From: the human T2T-CHM13v2.0 reference genome, Homo sapiens
DNA length: 64,000 nucleotides
Assembly: GCF_009914755.1 (NCBI RefSeq)
Contig: NC_060942.1
Reading direction: 5' to 3' (one strand)
Position 1 is the stretch's first letter; every line of letters begins with the position of its first letter. The position numbers and the translations under genes are program-made. This document shows positions 62,195-64,000 of this stretch, piece after piece. The notes under the pieces were generated by a model. It saw only the letters and a program-made list of their open reading frames with translations. It did not search any database and had not been told where the DNA came from.

Positions 62195-62425
62195 TTTTAT
62201 TTTGGTAAAATATATGCAATATAAAATGTACCATTTAAATCATTTTTAAGAGTACAGCGCAGTAGCATTAAGTACATTCGCATCATTGTGCAATCTTCAC
62301 CACCATCCATCTCCAGAAATTTTTCATCCTCCCAAACTGAATCTCTGTACCCGTTAAACACTAACTCCTCATTTCTCCTCTCTTCCCAGCCCCTGGATAC
62401 CACCATTCTACTTTCTGTCTCTACC
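62195..62425 (-). mobile_element. L1MB 3' end fragment
   Basis: GTAGCATTAAGTACATTC.CATCATTGTGCAA...CCATCCATCTCCAGAA.TTTTTCATC.TCCCAAACTGAA. Confidence 0.82.
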
Positions 62426-63478
62426 ACATTTTGCTTACCCATTCGCCCATCACATGTGCATTTTTGTACAGTTCCTAGTATGCTTTGTTACCTGTGTGTT
62501 CCCAGCCAGCAGCTTACACTGTGCTCAGCTGAGTGTCACAGGCCCTCAGTGAGTCTTTGTTGACCGTACTATAGTTCGTTGTTCATGTGTCTGCTCAGCA
62601 GAAAAAGCTAGGAAATCCTCAAGGATGTCCACATGCTGCCTCATGGAGAGGGATAAGATGGATATATATTAGTTCTATTCCTATTGAATGATCGTCATAA
62701 TTACCACAGTCCACTTACTGGGAGCTTGATGCAGTGAATCAGTTCATCTAATCCTCACCACAGCCCCATGAGGGGAGTACTGTTACCCTCACCCATGCAC
62801 TGAGAAGGACAGAGAATAACAAAGAAAGGGACCTCTGCTGGCATTCTTGTTCGGCATCCGCTATGCTGCACCCAGCGGAGGGGCTGCCTCTTAAGAAAAG
62901 TTTCCGTGCCAAGAACACGCATTCTGGGGCTCATATGCTCACCCGACCTCTGAGACTGAGTTTCATTGTCTGCCAACCTGCCTCCTGGGCGATAGCAGTT
63001 CCCTTCCCTCTGCCTATCCTTCTGCAGTGCCTTCTCACCTTAAATGTGCGCCTTCCCTCCATGTGGTCCGACCCCACCACTCCTCAACACCGGCCTCGGA
63101 TGCCGCTCCCATGATGAAGCTTTGCGGGATTCCAAGGACCCTCACACACCCCTCAGTGTCCCTCCCACGCCACCTAGCCCTCGGCTCATACCCATCCTGG
63201 CACACTGCCCTCTGAGTGAGTGGGCTGTGCTAGTCCTATTTGCTCAACTGCACAGAAACTTAAGAAATTGGTCTTAGAGTGTTCTTATCCTTTCTGGAAT
63301 ACATCTCTTTGGGTGACAGCCTGTAGGTAGCAATATCCATGTGTTCAACTACTTGAATCCTCCTTTCCTTTTTGTGTGGACACGAAATTGGACTCTACGA
63401 ACCATCTTCCCTTATGGTATATCCCCACTTGATTTGCTTAAAATATGAGAACAGTGTGAGGCAGACAGACAGACATTA

Positions 63479-63620
63479 CTGAATTCCAACATGGGATCAG
63501 TGCTAGTTCTAGGATTCATGTGGAATCAGGTGTTAGCCTAGGGGCCACATGAGATGAGGTGTTGGCGCTAGGATTTACACAGAATCAGGTGTTAACACTG
63601 GGATTAACACGTGGATGTCA
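63479..63620 (+). repeat. Degenerate ~30-bp tandem repeat (~4.5 copies)
   Basis: CTAGG/CTGGG recurs at 63509, 63538, 63568 and 63598; the three complete units between them each contain AGGTGTT. Confidence 0.6.
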
Positions 63621-64000
63621 CCACACCTTTGATTTTCCACAGGAGCACTCACTAATACAAAAAAAAAAAAAAAACCACCACTGTTAGGCATTTACAATGC
63701 AGACCACATTGTTCCTCTGTCTTTTTGCTCCAAATCAAGGGACTTTGTGGAGTCCGACTCACTTTATACTAAAATATGTTTGTGAATATAATCATTTGAA
63801 GAGTAGAAAAGTCAGGGTATCTAGAACCGTCCTCTAAGTGCTAAAATTATTTTTTATCATAAAATATTCCCTCAGAAAGAAACTTTGTTCATATATGGTA
63901 GATTTGCTTGAAAAATTTTTACATTTTACTTCATCTGATGTTTGTTAATTGGTAAAGAGAGCACCATCTTTAAAGCTTTTTAGACTGGTTTTGAAACTTC

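Overview
Human (primate) genomic DNA, rich in Alu and L1 repeats; not microbial. The only host coding sequence is the long first exon of GNAL, encoding the N-terminus of the extra-large G-alpha-olf isoform (XLGolf; CDS 9907-10282, MGLCYSLRP...THRLLLLG, GT donor at 10283). It lies in a CpG island at about 9.35-10.65 kb. Everything upstream is repeat-dense flank, and the remaining ~54 kb is GNAL intron 1; I did not find the next exon in this window. The intron is mostly transposon fossils: a young 5'-truncated L1PA with TSDs, a full-length Tigger1 inside an old L1, a solo LTR12C inside an L1, a near full-length hAT-Charlie (Cheshire-like) element with a perfect 8-bp TSD, MER4/MLT1/THE1 LTRs, an ERV-L pol fragment and about 30 Alus. 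I see no new gene system. The best leads are: (i) a five-copy TATTTACGGTA array with ~34-bp spacing just upstream of the XL exon; (ii) two uORFs and an open alternative frame across the XL exon, reminiscent of GNAS XL/ALEX; (iii) template-switch scars, including an inverted Alu segment apparently copied from a neighbouring Alu; (iv) an intronic CpG/TATA/hairpin element at ~53.5 kb. Repeat subfamily names come from recognising consensus sequences by eye, and boundaries are approximate unless TSDs are quoted.
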